IMG/VR virus record: IMGVR_UViG_3300000439_000009
Span: 32,001-96,000 of that record
Length of the DNA stretch: 64,000 nt
Strand: one strand, 5' to 3'
Source of the DNA: a virus
Lineage: Duplodnaviria; Caudoviricetes
Shown piece after piece: positions 46,601-56,315 of this stretch. A model generated the notes under the pieces. That model ran no database searches, was not told where the DNA came from, and worked only from the letters and a program-made list of their open reading frames with translations. The position numbers were made by a program, and so were the translations under genes. The stretch's first letter is position 1, and each line of letters opens with the position of its first letter.

Positions 46601-48125
46601 AAACCCCGCCTGGAATAATTTTATTAACAGATTGATCAACATAAGAATCATCAACGTAATCTACAAGATTGTAATTAATATAAAATTTTACATTCTTTCT
46701 CATAGTATCTTTAAGTATGTCAGAAGAAATATTACTAACATTAGAAAAGATTGGAATAGGATTTGTTATGTCGCCTAAAGGAATAGAAGAAAGTGTTATA
46801 GTCGCATCGTCTGTAACTACTGAGGATACAGGAAGATATGTGTCTTTGCCATCTAAAGATTTATTGGTCGTTACATCAATAAGATACGGAGTTAGATCTA
46901 TTTCTAATCTAGGCGATATTTCTACAACTTGCAAAAGGCCCATATCATTTAACACGCTACTATTTGTAGTATCAAATATTGTATCTCTGGCACCCGCTAC
47001 TTGTCCTGTTACTGTGATTGATTTAATATAAACGTAATTAGTTAAATCACCAGTACTTGTAAAGCTTGGCATGTTTGACCATTTATCAGAAGTTAAATTA
47101 CCGTTATTTAAATAAAGTATGATTATTCCATTATCTTGCGGGGCTACTATATCAGAAACTATTTGATCTCCGTTCGCTTTAGTAACAGTTACAGTAACAC
47201 CTGGTTTTGATAAATATGCATTTAATTTAATTACAACTTTATTCATTGCAACTGGTGTTGAATAGAATCCCGTTACAGATGGGTTATCTACATTTTGAGA
47301 AATAAAATATTTATAAGCAGATATGTCTGTCATCAATCCACTTTTATAAACTGGCATAGGTGATGAAGCATGAAAAAAACTTGGGTTGCATGTTATGGGG
47401 CTTACGGGCATATAAAAATCATCTGGATAATTTTTTAATAAAGTTGTAGTGTTTATTTTTCTATATCCATCTGGAAAATTATATTTTACATTACCTGTTC
47501 CAACATAAGATTCTCCTGGTCTAAATCCAGTAAATACAGAATCTGTTGACCATACGGATCCGTATTGATAATCAAAAGCACTTGTCGCATAAATTTCTGG
47601 TTGTGTGTAATAAATGGTTGGGTTTACTACTGCAGTGCTAAAATTACTAAATGACAATGTAAATGTAAATGAAGATATGTCATCATTTGCACCAATATAT
47701 GTTTCTAACTTAGTCCAATTATAAGAATTAGCTTCTATGTTATTAGAGCCAAATTGTCTATTTCCCGATCCTTGAGCATAAGCATTAACCATAATAGGAG
47801 TGCTAGAACTAGTAGTAACATAAGTTACTATTTTAAATGCTTTAGATGGCACTGTAGGGCTAGATGTATAAGAAATAATATCATGATCAGAAGATCCATT
47901 CATATTAAAACTAAATGTATCAAAATAAGGATGTTTATTAGAGTCTGTTACAGTAGAAGTTCCATCTGGTGTTATTGATATATCTATTAAAGTTCCATCT
48001 CCTGCAACCGTAAGGTATGGAGCATTAAATATATTTTGATTCCATTCAGCAGATATTACTGGAAGCAATCTAACTGAACTTGATTTTAAGAATATGTCAT
48101 TACTAACACCATCTACAGATAACAA
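43662..48125 (-). CDS. Tail tip/baseplate hub protein
   Basis: Follows Dit; YIDNYGVMKF, FGNPLIEVGDVI...Y.V.SVS. Confidence 0.7.
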   Translation of the reverse strand: MLSVDGVSNDIFLKSSSVRLLPVISAEWNQNIFNAPYLTVAGDGTLIDISITPDGTSTVTDSNKHPYFDTFSFNMNGSSDHDIISYTSSPTVPSKAFKIVTYVTTSSSTPIMVNAYAQGSGNRQFGSNNIEANSYNWTKLETYIGANDDISSFTFTLSFSNFSTAVVNPTIYYTQPEIYATSAFDYQYGSVWSTDSVFTGFRPGESYVGTGNVKYNFPDGYRKINTTTLLKNYPDDFYMPVSPITCNPSFFHASSPMPVYKSGLMTDISAYKYFISQNVDNPSVTGFYSTPVAMNKVVIKLNAYLSKPGVTVTVTKANGDQIVSDIVAPQDNGIIILYLNNGNLTSDKWSNMPSFTSTGDLTNYVYIKSITVTGQVAGARDTIFDTTNSSVLNDMGLLQVVEISPRLEIDLTPYLIDVTTNKSLDGKDTYLPVSSVVTDDATITLSSIPLGDITNPIPIFSNVSNISSDILKDTMRKNVKFYINYNLVDYVDDSYVDQSVNKIIPGGVWYSDTWQQNDIDTVSVQCYDITRYLQTTPVSDYVSNYKDAFDVITNILDLTGFTDYDIDSLYNVCYDQNSPINMDYYFCNSKDSTLIDALNQIFLPYQIGAYIDNYGVMKFLSLSNILDKQKSLTDFDLDQNIVLQNGYTINNKSKPGKISLRYQTPRLKQSLSLQNVTNADVRIGPSYIYTTSNDVVWSQQSVDSVGFNYLDAPMTSKDNYFKINQADLLDSFHTFNLNNNGYAVIEDEIVSFVYKEYTIAQNSNPSIYTTVSVKNDLELASQINKFIKENHIGMIPNVGIISNASPYSFTSGGKDYKATTYTVSSTPTIDVSNPVTLFNVGDLVSVSNMSPEELNVSGRVIAVTGNSFTVITGSTKSMDTTPVDWTNKGRVSKGSDYDVKVTPTGYIRNVTRGMFGTNVSNHDVIKTTLDSKGLTASLVSNNYSITTPQSSNYDIISTQKDDSGVTNPPADLPYYYILGQPDNNNKILFYSSSEKDLGYKTYSAKFKFTDDMPGFNNNLCSGGLFFNMPDSGLDGTYFLELIRSNIGNQTLSGRNYLYYLVLYKIIGTSPSLIAYTNITGTVSSITNNFEKLYRKTGDANAPYSLYTDPHEAYHLRIAMSTFDHSADGEGSPGKSTILGDGSVFSVFLNNYEIGQWQTYSNGQWANTEINSITGLRKKVVFDFPYFYDVSTTKKFGAFLSGNPIVINDSKNVIYPSSSNFASKTQVGYLREIYASQKTLKERNVNYYFQDREFLNALVQGQRSFSLYKEYIMQTQPAIIGINTYDVQYTNGAAVSVDILPVEYAWFYYPGNTLLDQNYLQHQIVDEYSAAYSTPINTGFRAKFAIVNNSSHMIYLKKDSDELNAFVVNLNLWTHEIIVPSDPEIIEIVTDPGNIGEVVQLDSSFIQSRDAAGKLLKIVSSGLDNFSKDVTLNVFGNPLIEVGDVIGLNYPLMGINAQKYIVHSVSNTYNNGLTTKLTLNMLNRGINK

Positions 48126-48641
48126 TTAAACCTCCGTAAACTGTAAGGTTACATCTACGTAATCCAACAGTGTAAATCTTTTAGAAACTGTATACAAAAA
48201 GTTAGTCATATATACTGTTAATATTTGATGATTGTCTGTGGATGGATTAGCTAATTGAGATGAAACATGTCCAGTTCCAGTTATATTATCTACTGCATAA
48301 GTTAGCTTTAGTAAAATAGGTTGAGTAACATACTTGTCGTAGAATGCTTTCATAAATGCTGCGCCCATTTTTCCGTCTACTGTAGGCTGATATGACTGTA
48401 ATGAAATCCCAGATTGGGATGTTATAGTCTGCGAAGCGGAAGGCAGGGCTTGCCAGGTGGTATCATAAATAGCTTTATTGGCAACAACAAATTTTCTCAT
48501 AGTTCCATTTGCCATGCGTTGTACTTGTTCAATTCTTTGCGGGGAATATTGAATAGGTTGTCTATTATGATCAGATAGAGCATACCAAGTAGTTCCATTG
48601 TCGGGGGATACAGAAATTCCCGCATTAATACTATAAGACAT
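48126..48641 (-). CDS. Distal tail (Dit)-like protein
   Basis: RMANGTMR motif, ends FTEV, immediately after TMP. Confidence 0.65.
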   Translation of the reverse strand: MSYSINAGISVSPDNGTTWYALSDHNRQPIQYSPQRIEQVQRMANGTMRKFVVANKAIYDTTWQALPSASQTITSQSGISLQSYQPTVDGKMGAAFMKAFYDKYVTQPILLKLTYAVDNITGTGHVSSQLANPSTDNHQILTVYMTNFLYTVSKRFTLLDYVDVTLQFTEV

Positions 48642-51600
48642 TTATATTCTCACCGCCATGTTAGTCTTGTTTATTTTAGCATCCTTTATATTTAAAGCCC
48701 GCATTACACCATCTTGTGCCATTTGTGTTATCTGTTTTGGATCGGTTACTCCAGTTGCATTTACATAAACATTTACAGTTCCGCCATATGCTCCAGTATT
48801 TTGATTTGCAGGTATTACCGCTTCTCCTTTATGCAACAAAGCTAATTGATTATTTGGAACATATGGTGTTCCTACTTTATATGAAGGAAGTCCTATCTGT
48901 CCGCCGTTTGCTAATTTTGGAGTAAACGCTTTAAGATAATCTCCGTACGTTCTGCTAATTCCTGGTAACATTTTTAAATCACCTTTTTGCATTCGGGCGG
49001 CATTGTAAGCTTCAAAAAAATACCCGCTATAAGGATCATTTGGATGAGGTACGCCAGTAATTTTATATGAAACATTTGGTCCAAATAAACCTTCTCCAAG
49101 AACTCCAGTTGGTCTTCCTGCTTCTTCCATATTCAAAATGCCCTGAACTCCACCACCTGGTCTCCAATTCATTGCCTTTATTTGTGAAATGCGAGATAGT
49201 TCCCAATTACCCATTTGTCGCTCAGCAAAACTTGAATTATCTGCAGCATTTACATACTTCATCAACTGTGTAAGATTTCCAAATGATTTAGGAGTTCCTG
49301 GATGCCAAAGATCTCCTACCTTAAGTCCTTTAAGTTGTTCTAAATCATGTGGGGACATAGCTCTAAAAACTTCAACTCCATGAGGTATTGTTACTTTATT
49401 TTCATCTAAAAATTTTGCTATTGCTGCAGCACCAAAATCATTATATGCTGTCATTGGATATTGAATAAATTGTTCTACTGCATCAAAACCTTTTAATGAA
49501 GAAATTAATGTTTTAACTTCTTGTATTCCTAATTTTGATTCTCCGCCAACTGGTAATACGCTTGCAAGAACATTAGCAGCAGAAAGAACTTTAGCCTTTC
49601 CAGAACTTTTGCTTGAATATAAATTATCCAATGAATTGTTTAATGAAGATAAGGTATCTTTTAATAATTTAACATTAACACCAAGTGGGGAATTTAAATA
49701 TTTTTCAAAAGCTGGCGATAAACTGCCCGCACCCGCCGTACTAGTTACTGTACTATCTACTGATCCAGGAAGGGAAAGTCCTTTCAACCCACCAACAGTT
49801 CCATCTTTAAACTTCTTTGCATTTACAGAATCAAAGAAACCAGTTCCATAATGTGATACAGCATCTGCTTTAACAACATATTCACCATTTGAAAGATAGG
49901 CGGGGATTGAATCTGATGTCGAAGTTCCAGCTCCTCTTATATGACCTCCAGAAGCTTTTTGAATTACTGGAGTGGTTTGAGTAAAAGCGTCACCCTTTGT
50001 GCCGTTTGTATCAGTTACATCATAGCCCCACCATCTTCCCAAAAATGCGCCTTTTTTATTATAAACATTTCCATTAGGATCAAATATATTTCCAGATGGG
50101 TCTGCCCAGCGATGACCAACTTCTGTAGCCATACCAAAAGATATTGTTAATTGTTGTCCTGCATATTTTTTATAAACAAAACCAGGTATTCCTTCTGGCG
50201 GACCATAAGAATAACCTGGACTAGTAATTACTGTACCGTTTGAATCTTTATAAATTGGATTTCCAAAGAAATCGTGTCCAGAAGGTTTTACTTTAGGCCC
50301 AATAGTTGTAGCTGGGCCTGCTGGGGTAGGCGGCTGATGAGTTTGCTTCCAATAATTAATTATATTTGATACATCTTGTGCTATGTTTGCTGCATTTTGT
50401 GATATTAATTTTCCAAAACCAGCCATTGCCGATATTGAATCTGCAGCTTTTTGCGCTGCTGCGCCAACAGTTTGTATTTTTTCTGTAAGATCATTAATTG
50501 TTAACTGTAAAGAATCTGATAATGATTGAGTTGTATTTATTTGATTTTGTGCATTGTATTGAGCAGTGTTTTGACTTTGTTGTGAAGTTAACTGAGCTGC
50601 TTGAATATAATTACCAGATATTTCAGCTTGTTTAATTTGATTTGTTAAATCTGTCTGTTTATTTAAATAATCATTTTGTTGATTTATTATATTAAGTCTA
50701 TCTTTTTCAGCTTTTAATGTAGCATCTACAACTTTTTTCTGATCTTGAAGTGCAGTAAGTTCTTTGTTCATTGCTGCAGTTGCATCTACACCAGCATTTT
50801 GAGATTTAATTGATGCTAAATAAGCGTTCATCTCTTTGGTTTTTTGTGCATTCAAAGCATCAGTTAATGCTTTTTTACTGGTCATAAAATCTGTTAAAGA
50901 TTTAGCATCTGAATACTTGGTTAATATATCTGATGGATTAATATCATATTGACCCAAAGAATTTAATCCTAAGAAAATTGATCTGGCATCAGTTGCGTCT
51001 GATATAATTTGTTGAACAGAAGTTAACAGTCCACTCATTTGCGTATTTCCTGCATTTTGTGCAGCAAGTTGCAGCAAATGCATTTGTGTACTTGCATCTT
51101 GCGTACTTGATGATATGGCTTGCAAAACAGAATTTAATCTATCACCCTGCAATTTTCCAGAAGAGATTGCTTCAACCATAGTATAAAGTGAAGATGCATA
51201 ATTTTTACCATCACTTGTTAAAGATTTATAAGTTTTTGCTGTTACATCTAAAGCACTAGTTGCATTATTTAAACTATTTAAATATGTCTCTGTAGATGTT
51301 TTAAAATCTTTATTATCAGCAATAATCTTCTTTAAAGCAACATCTAGCATATCTGTTTGACCTGTGTAAGTCAATATTGCAGTTACCATGTCTTTTACTT
51401 TTGAAGGATCCATTCCAGAAACAACTTGTGATGAAACATAAGAATCTAATGTATTTAATACTTGATCTTTTGGTAGATTCTTTATATAATCAGCTACCTG
51501 CCTTGTAGAACTAGATGGTTTTAATTTACTTATATCTTGAGCTAAAAGTTTTGGAGTTTTACTTAATTCGTTATTAAACAATGCAATAGTTTGTTGATCA

Positions 51601-54600
51601 CCAGAAAATACTTTTTGCATAATTGCAGCATGTTCTGCTGCATCTCTTTTACTTTTAGTTAACCACCAAGATAAACCTTTAAGAGCACCAACTGCAATTC
51701 CGATTGGAACGGCAACTTCTGGGGCAGCCCCAAATGAGAAAGCTGTTAATCCAGCACCAAGACCGCCCAATCCAACATTTTTTGCTCCACTTATATCAGT
51801 TCCACCAATTTTATTAGGAATAATAGAATTTAATATTTGGGGAATAAAAGATAAAGCAGTAAATTTTAACATAGGTCCAATTTTTGCCAAGAAACCTAAC
51901 TTAAACATTCCAGAAAACTTAGAGAAAAATCCAACATCTTTTGCAATTGTTTCTCCTGCACCTGCAACTGCTCCTGCAGATGATTCTGCAGCAGGTGCAG
52001 CCATGCTTCCATATCTCCAAAGGTTTCCTGCATTTTTTAAAATATTTACCCCAGAAGAAGCTATGCCATAATTAGGTTTTGATGGATTTATTAAACCACC
52101 TAATACTCCGCCAGAATTCCAGCCTTTAAGACCTCTTGTATGCGGGGCTTTGTAGGAATTGTAGTGAACTCCAAGAGACGCTTTCATTCTTCTTGTTTGA
52201 CCACGATATACGTCTGATCCCGTATACGAATAAACTGGAGATTTTCTGTGATGTGCTCCTATTGAACCACCTTTAGCAAATCCAGCTTCTGTTCTTAAAA
52301 GCTCTAATTCTTTTACAGTAAATTCAGCTTTTCTTAATATTTCATCTTTTATAGAACCAGATCCAGTTGCTGTGGTTGCTATTTGCTTAAATCTAGTTGC
52401 GGAAAGCTTGCCTTTTTTTGTAAGACTTTTTGCCCATTCTGGCAAACTTGCCCCTTGGGTTTTTCCAGATTCTGAAAATGATGGTCTTCCATTTTTTCTA
52501 TAAACTATTTCACCTTTAGTTGTTAAGGGATCTCCCTTTTTTGGATTTTTAGGAACTATATTACCATCTTTATCAGTTGTCCAAACATCACTATATTTTA
52601 ATATACCTTGGTCTATTGCATCCTGCTGAGTTAATATAGGAGAAGATCTTAAAGACTTCATTTCTTTTAATGCATCAAAAAGATTATTTGGTCTTCCATT
52701 TACTGGAGGTAAAGGAATTTGTCTAAGTCTCTGTATATACTTTGAATAAGCAAATCTTTCAAATCCTCCAACATTATCCTTACCTCCAAAAACATGTGTT
52801 CCTTGAGATCTTAATGATTTTATTAAATCAGATAAAGCATGACTTAATTGTTCTTTTGCTGCTGCTGGATCTCCACCTAACATTGCAGCATTCTCAATCA
52901 TAAGTGCATTTGGATTAACATTATCTTTTAACATCTGCTCTAATGCGTCTGCTACTTCGTTACCAGTTACGCCATTATTTGCACTGTTCATTTTTTTATT
53001 TAAATGTTCTGGCAAATAAATCATCATTCCACTTAAATCTTCAGTTATATGAGCTTTTTGTAATTTAGATATATCAGTTCTTCCCAAAGGCGGTATCGGG
53101 GATAGCTCTCCTGGTAACATTCTATCTGCTTGAACTGTTGATAAAGTACCATTTCTAACTGCTCTTCTTACTGCATCTGCAGTTTCTTGTGCAACAGATC
53201 CATACATTGATTGACCAGAACTAATTGAACCGCCAATTTTATTTCCACTGTTTGCACTATTTAACAAATCATAATTTGCTGCAGTTGTTAATGGATCAAA
53301 TACTGTTTCTCCTGGGGTAAGCATGGCAAGCATTCTTCCTCCAGTAGCAAATTTAGGCAGTGTTGATAGTCCTGGATTTTTTTGACTTGCTTTTTTATTT
53401 AATACAAAGCCTCCAACTGGTACACTTGCTAAAACTGAATCATAATTTATATGAGAAGGTCCTGGAACAACAGATCCATGCACAGAAGGATCATAAATTG
53501 CTCCTCCGTCATTAAATCCTGGAAGCATTCCGCCATTTTTCTTTGGTACAATTTTAAGTAGTGTCGCACCTTCTTTAGGTAATACAGTTCCAATAGAAGA
53601 TAATAAACCACTACTCATAGAGGCATTTTGAGCTTGAGCTAACAATCTAAATTGATCTGTTAATTTAGCAATTTCAGTTCTTAATATTTCAAAAGCTTTA
53701 GCGTTTGTAGTAATGGCTTCTGGCATAAGTTCCATCTGATTTCTTGCTGCAATTTCTGCTGCATCAAGTTCTTGATAGAAGTTACGCATTCCTTTAATGC
53801 CCGCCATAAATGCATTTTGAGTAGGTAATGCTTCCTGCATTCCTTGCCTAAACATTCTTATAGAATTTGCACCTCTAAGAATATTACCTATTAAGTTTGC
53901 AAACAAACCAACAAGCATTATAACTGGACCAATTATTATTAAGCCAGCAAAACCAGTGCCAAAAACTTTACCTAAAATTCCAGCAACTGGGCCCATCATA
54001 TTTGCTATACCTTTTATTGCATTATAAATATGGTCTACTGCATTTCCAATTTGAGTAAATGCTTGCAAGAAAGAACGACCAAGTGGAAGCAAATCAGCTT
54101 GTAATGTTGCTTTCATCTTTTGGAATTGTGCTGCTGGAGTTCCAGAAGAAGAAACTTGAAGTTCTTGATTTGCTACAGAAGCTAACTGAGCATTTGATTG
54201 GTTGTAAAGTTCTAATACTTTAGCACTTTGAGATCCAGCTTTTCCTAAATTATCTATAAGAGCTGTTACACGTGCAAACTGGAATTTACCAAAAACCTGT
54301 TCGATAGCTTTTAATCTTTGTTCGCTTGGTAATTGACTTAAAGCTGCCTGTAATCCAGTTACCATTCCCATAGGATTTCCTTGATTATCTGCAACTATTT
54401 GTTTAATATTAATATGCAAAGCTGATAATGCTTTTTGAGCTGCAGTAGTTGGATTAATTATTGATGCAAGCATAGATTTAATTGCGTTAGCACCTTGTGC
54501 AGCTGGAACACCAGATTCTTTTAATGCAACTAAAAATGTTGTAAAATCTTTATAAGATCCACCCAACTGTTGAATGATAGGACCTACACGTGGAAGTGCA

Positions 54601-55589
54601 TCAACAATATCTTGCATAGTTGTTGAAGTGGAGTGCTTTGCTGCATTAAGAAAATTAACGGCATCTCCGATTTGATTTGCTTGCAACTTAAATACATTTT
54701 GTAAAGCAACCATTGATGTAGAGGCTTGTTGAGCTGACAAATTACCTAATTTTTGCAATCTTATTGTAGCTTCAGTTGCTGCTATAAGATTTTGTCCTTC
54801 AAGACCAATAGATGAAAATGTTTGTGCGACAGTAACGGTATCTGTCATTGCTACACCGAGAGTACGTGCTAGTTTATCTGCTAAAGATGTAACTTGTTTT
54901 TGGATTAAATCTAAAGTTGCTTGCGACTGTACTGCTGCGTGTGCTCCATAAACTTGAAGCATTTGGGTCATTTGCTTATCAAAACTTAGATACGCTTGAG
55001 ATGCTGCTGCACCAAACATGGCAAGTGGCATAGTTAAGCCAACTGTTAATTGACGTCCCATCCATTGGGTATTTTTACCAAAATCAACAAGTTTCATTGC
55101 TCCCTGTTGAAGGGCGGTATTTAATGCTTGTTGTTGAAATACAAGCTTTTCTTCTGCAGTAACTACACCATTAATATCAGTTACTAGTTTTGCATAGCCT
55201 GGTTTCAATGGGTCTGCAACAGCCATTGATCTGTTAAGTCTTGCTTGAGATGTGGCTAATGCATCAATTTCGGCTGATGTGCCTTTTGCACTATCCCGCC
55301 ATATTTTATAATAATTTTGTAAACTTAATTGACCTCTTGATAATTGCTGTCCAAATTTAGCGACACTATCGGTCATAGCTACTTGTTGAATTGTAAACGC
55401 ACGTGTTGATAATACTGCAGAATCAAATTGTGACTGTGCTGCTTTTATATCAGACTGAACACCTGATGTAAATGGACCACCAACAGATGTTTGCTGTAAA
55501 GTTGTTAAAGCTGATTTCAACTTTGCAACTTCTGCATACACCTGTTGGAACTGTGCATTCGCAACGATATTTAGCTGTATATTATTCAA
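48642..55589 (-). CDS. Tape measure protein with inserted domains
   Basis: TP901-like core (GRQLTVGLTMP, GANAIKS, IEQVFGK), 2315 aa, follows the chaperones. Confidence 0.92.
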   Translation of the reverse strand: MNNIQLNIVANAQFQQVYAEVAKLKSALTTLQQTSVGGPFTSGVQSDIKAAQSQFDSAVLSTRAFTIQQVAMTDSVAKFGQQLSRGQLSLQNYYKIWRDSAKGTSAEIDALATSQARLNRSMAVADPLKPGYAKLVTDINGVVTAEEKLVFQQQALNTALQQGAMKLVDFGKNTQWMGRQLTVGLTMPLAMFGAAASQAYLSFDKQMTQMLQVYGAHAAVQSQATLDLIQKQVTSLADKLARTLGVAMTDTVTVAQTFSSIGLEGQNLIAATEATIRLQKLGNLSAQQASTSMVALQNVFKLQANQIGDAVNFLNAAKHSTSTTMQDIVDALPRVGPIIQQLGGSYKDFTTFLVALKESGVPAAQGANAIKSMLASIINPTTAAQKALSALHINIKQIVADNQGNPMGMVTGLQAALSQLPSEQRLKAIEQVFGKFQFARVTALIDNLGKAGSQSAKVLELYNQSNAQLASVANQELQVSSSGTPAAQFQKMKATLQADLLPLGRSFLQAFTQIGNAVDHIYNAIKGIANMMGPVAGILGKVFGTGFAGLIIIGPVIMLVGLFANLIGNILRGANSIRMFRQGMQEALPTQNAFMAGIKGMRNFYQELDAAEIAARNQMELMPEAITTNAKAFEILRTEIAKLTDQFRLLAQAQNASMSSGLLSSIGTVLPKEGATLLKIVPKKNGGMLPGFNDGGAIYDPSVHGSVVPGPSHINYDSVLASVPVGGFVLNKKASQKNPGLSTLPKFATGGRMLAMLTPGETVFDPLTTAANYDLLNSANSGNKIGGSISSGQSMYGSVAQETADAVRRAVRNGTLSTVQADRMLPGELSPIPPLGRTDISKLQKAHITEDLSGMMIYLPEHLNKKMNSANNGVTGNEVADALEQMLKDNVNPNALMIENAAMLGGDPAAAKEQLSHALSDLIKSLRSQGTHVFGGKDNVGGFERFAYSKYIQRLRQIPLPPVNGRPNNLFDALKEMKSLRSSPILTQQDAIDQGILKYSDVWTTDKDGNIVPKNPKKGDPLTTKGEIVYRKNGRPSFSESGKTQGASLPEWAKSLTKKGKLSATRFKQIATTATGSGSIKDEILRKAEFTVKELELLRTEAGFAKGGSIGAHHRKSPVYSYTGSDVYRGQTRRMKASLGVHYNSYKAPHTRGLKGWNSGGVLGGLINPSKPNYGIASSGVNILKNAGNLWRYGSMAAPAAESSAGAVAGAGETIAKDVGFFSKFSGMFKLGFLAKIGPMLKFTALSFIPQILNSIIPNKIGGTDISGAKNVGLGGLGAGLTAFSFGAAPEVAVPIGIAVGALKGLSWWLTKSKRDAAEHAAIMQKVFSGDQQTIALFNNELSKTPKLLAQDISKLKPSSSTRQVADYIKNLPKDQVLNTLDSYVSSQVVSGMDPSKVKDMVTAILTYTGQTDMLDVALKKIIADNKDFKTSTETYLNSLNNATSALDVTAKTYKSLTSDGKNYASSLYTMVEAISSGKLQGDRLNSVLQAISSSTQDASTQMHLLQLAAQNAGNTQMSGLLTSVQQIISDATDARSIFLGLNSLGQYDINPSDILTKYSDAKSLTDFMTSKKALTDALNAQKTKEMNAYLASIKSQNAGVDATAAMNKELTALQDQKKVVDATLKAEKDRLNIINQQNDYLNKQTDLTNQIKQAEISGNYIQAAQLTSQQSQNTAQYNAQNQINTTQSLSDSLQLTINDLTEKIQTVGAAAQKAADSISAMAGFGKLISQNAANIAQDVSNIINYWKQTHQPPTPAGPATTIGPKVKPSGHDFFGNPIYKDSNGTVITSPGYSYGPPEGIPGFVYKKYAGQQLTISFGMATEVGHRWADPSGNIFDPNGNVYNKKGAFLGRWWGYDVTDTNGTKGDAFTQTTPVIQKASGGHIRGAGTSTSDSIPAYLSNGEYVVKADAVSHYGTGFFDSVNAKKFKDGTVGGLKGLSLPGSVDSTVTSTAGAGSLSPAFEKYLNSPLGVNVKLLKDTLSSLNNSLDNLYSSKSSGKAKVLSAANVLASVLPVGGESKLGIQEVKTLISSLKGFDAVEQFIQYPMTAYNDFGAAAIAKFLDENKVTIPHGVEVFRAMSPHDLEQLKGLKVGDLWHPGTPKSFGNLTQLMKYVNAADNSSFAERQMGNWELSRISQIKAMNWRPGGGVQGILNMEEAGRPTGVLGEGLFGPNVSYKITGVPHPNDPYSGYFFEAYNAARMQKGDLKMLPGISRTYGDYLKAFTPKLANGGQIGLPSYKVGTPYVPNNQLALLHKGEAVIPANQNTGAYGGTVNVYVNATGVTDPKQITQMAQDGVMRALNIKDAKINKTNMAVRI

Positions 55590-55909
55590 CTAGCGTTATC
55601 CTCCACAACATGTCCAAGTCCTATACCAATTCCAAAGCCATCTTGCTGGGCTCTGTAACCTTTAATCTTGGTTATGTCTTCCTCTTCTTGAGCTTCTTCA
55701 TCTAAGTCTACGCCTTGAATTGCTGCTAAAAATTTCTTGTCTTGCATATCTTTTTTACGGACAGCATCAAGAGTAACTAGCAACTCTTCCATGGATAACG
55801 ATGATTCTAAATCATCAAAGTTTTTCCATATTCCTAAAAGGAAAACTTCAGATTCTAAAGAGACGAGATCTAGAGATTCCCAACTAGATTCGCCCCTTGG
55901 AAGTTTGGG
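55586..55909 (-). CDS. Tail assembly chaperone -1 frameshift extension (gpGT-like)
   Basis: -1 frame open from the slippery C-CCA-AAC through ESSWESLDL...MEELL to 55586. Confidence 0.75.
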   Translation of the reverse strand, partial: PKLPRGESSWESLDLVSLESEVFLLGIWKNFDDLESSLSMEELLVTLDAVRKKDMQDKKFLAAIQGVDLDEEAQEEEDITKIKGYRAQQDGFGIGIGLGHVVEDNAS

Positions 55910-56211
55910 TCGTCATTGTTCAACTTCAAACCACCTGCTATTTCAAGAATTTTCATAAGTGTTGGAGTTTCAAAATTATCTTCAAAAAGATCTTTATCAG
56001 TTGCAAACTCGGGAGCAAACTGCTCCATGCAAATCATACCAGCAGCAATAAAGACATCCATTGCTTTTTCATCTGTGTCTGCTGTGCCGTCTTGAATTGG
56101 CTTGATAGCTTGCAAAAATTTTTTTAATTTATTTATTTTTAGTGGTTGTACTGTAATTACTGTACCGTTTGACAACTTAATCTCAAGTGTGTCATATACT
56201 GTTGTTGGCAT
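55870..56211 (-). CDS. Tail assembly chaperone (gpG-like)
   Basis: Between MTP and TMP; ends ..DDPN at the slippery site. Confidence 0.8.
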   Translation of the reverse strand: MPTTVYDTLEIKLSNGTVITVQPLKINKLKKFLQAIKPIQDGTADTDEKAMDVFIAAGMICMEQFAPEFATDKDLFEDNFETPTLMKILEIAGGLKLNNDDPNFQGANLVGNL

Positions 56212-56263
56212 TTATTCTCCTTAGTTACCTTATACAAATTATATCAAAATGCTTATTTAAAAC

Positions 56264-56295
56264 ATAAATGCCCCCCTTTTAGTGGGGGACATTTA
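56264..56295 (-). terminator. Intrinsic terminator after the major tail gene
   Basis: ATAAATG(T/C)CCCC...GGGG.CATTTAT hairpin plus T-run. Confidence 0.7.
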
Positions 56296-56315
56296 TTAAT
56301 TGTCTATATTAAGTT

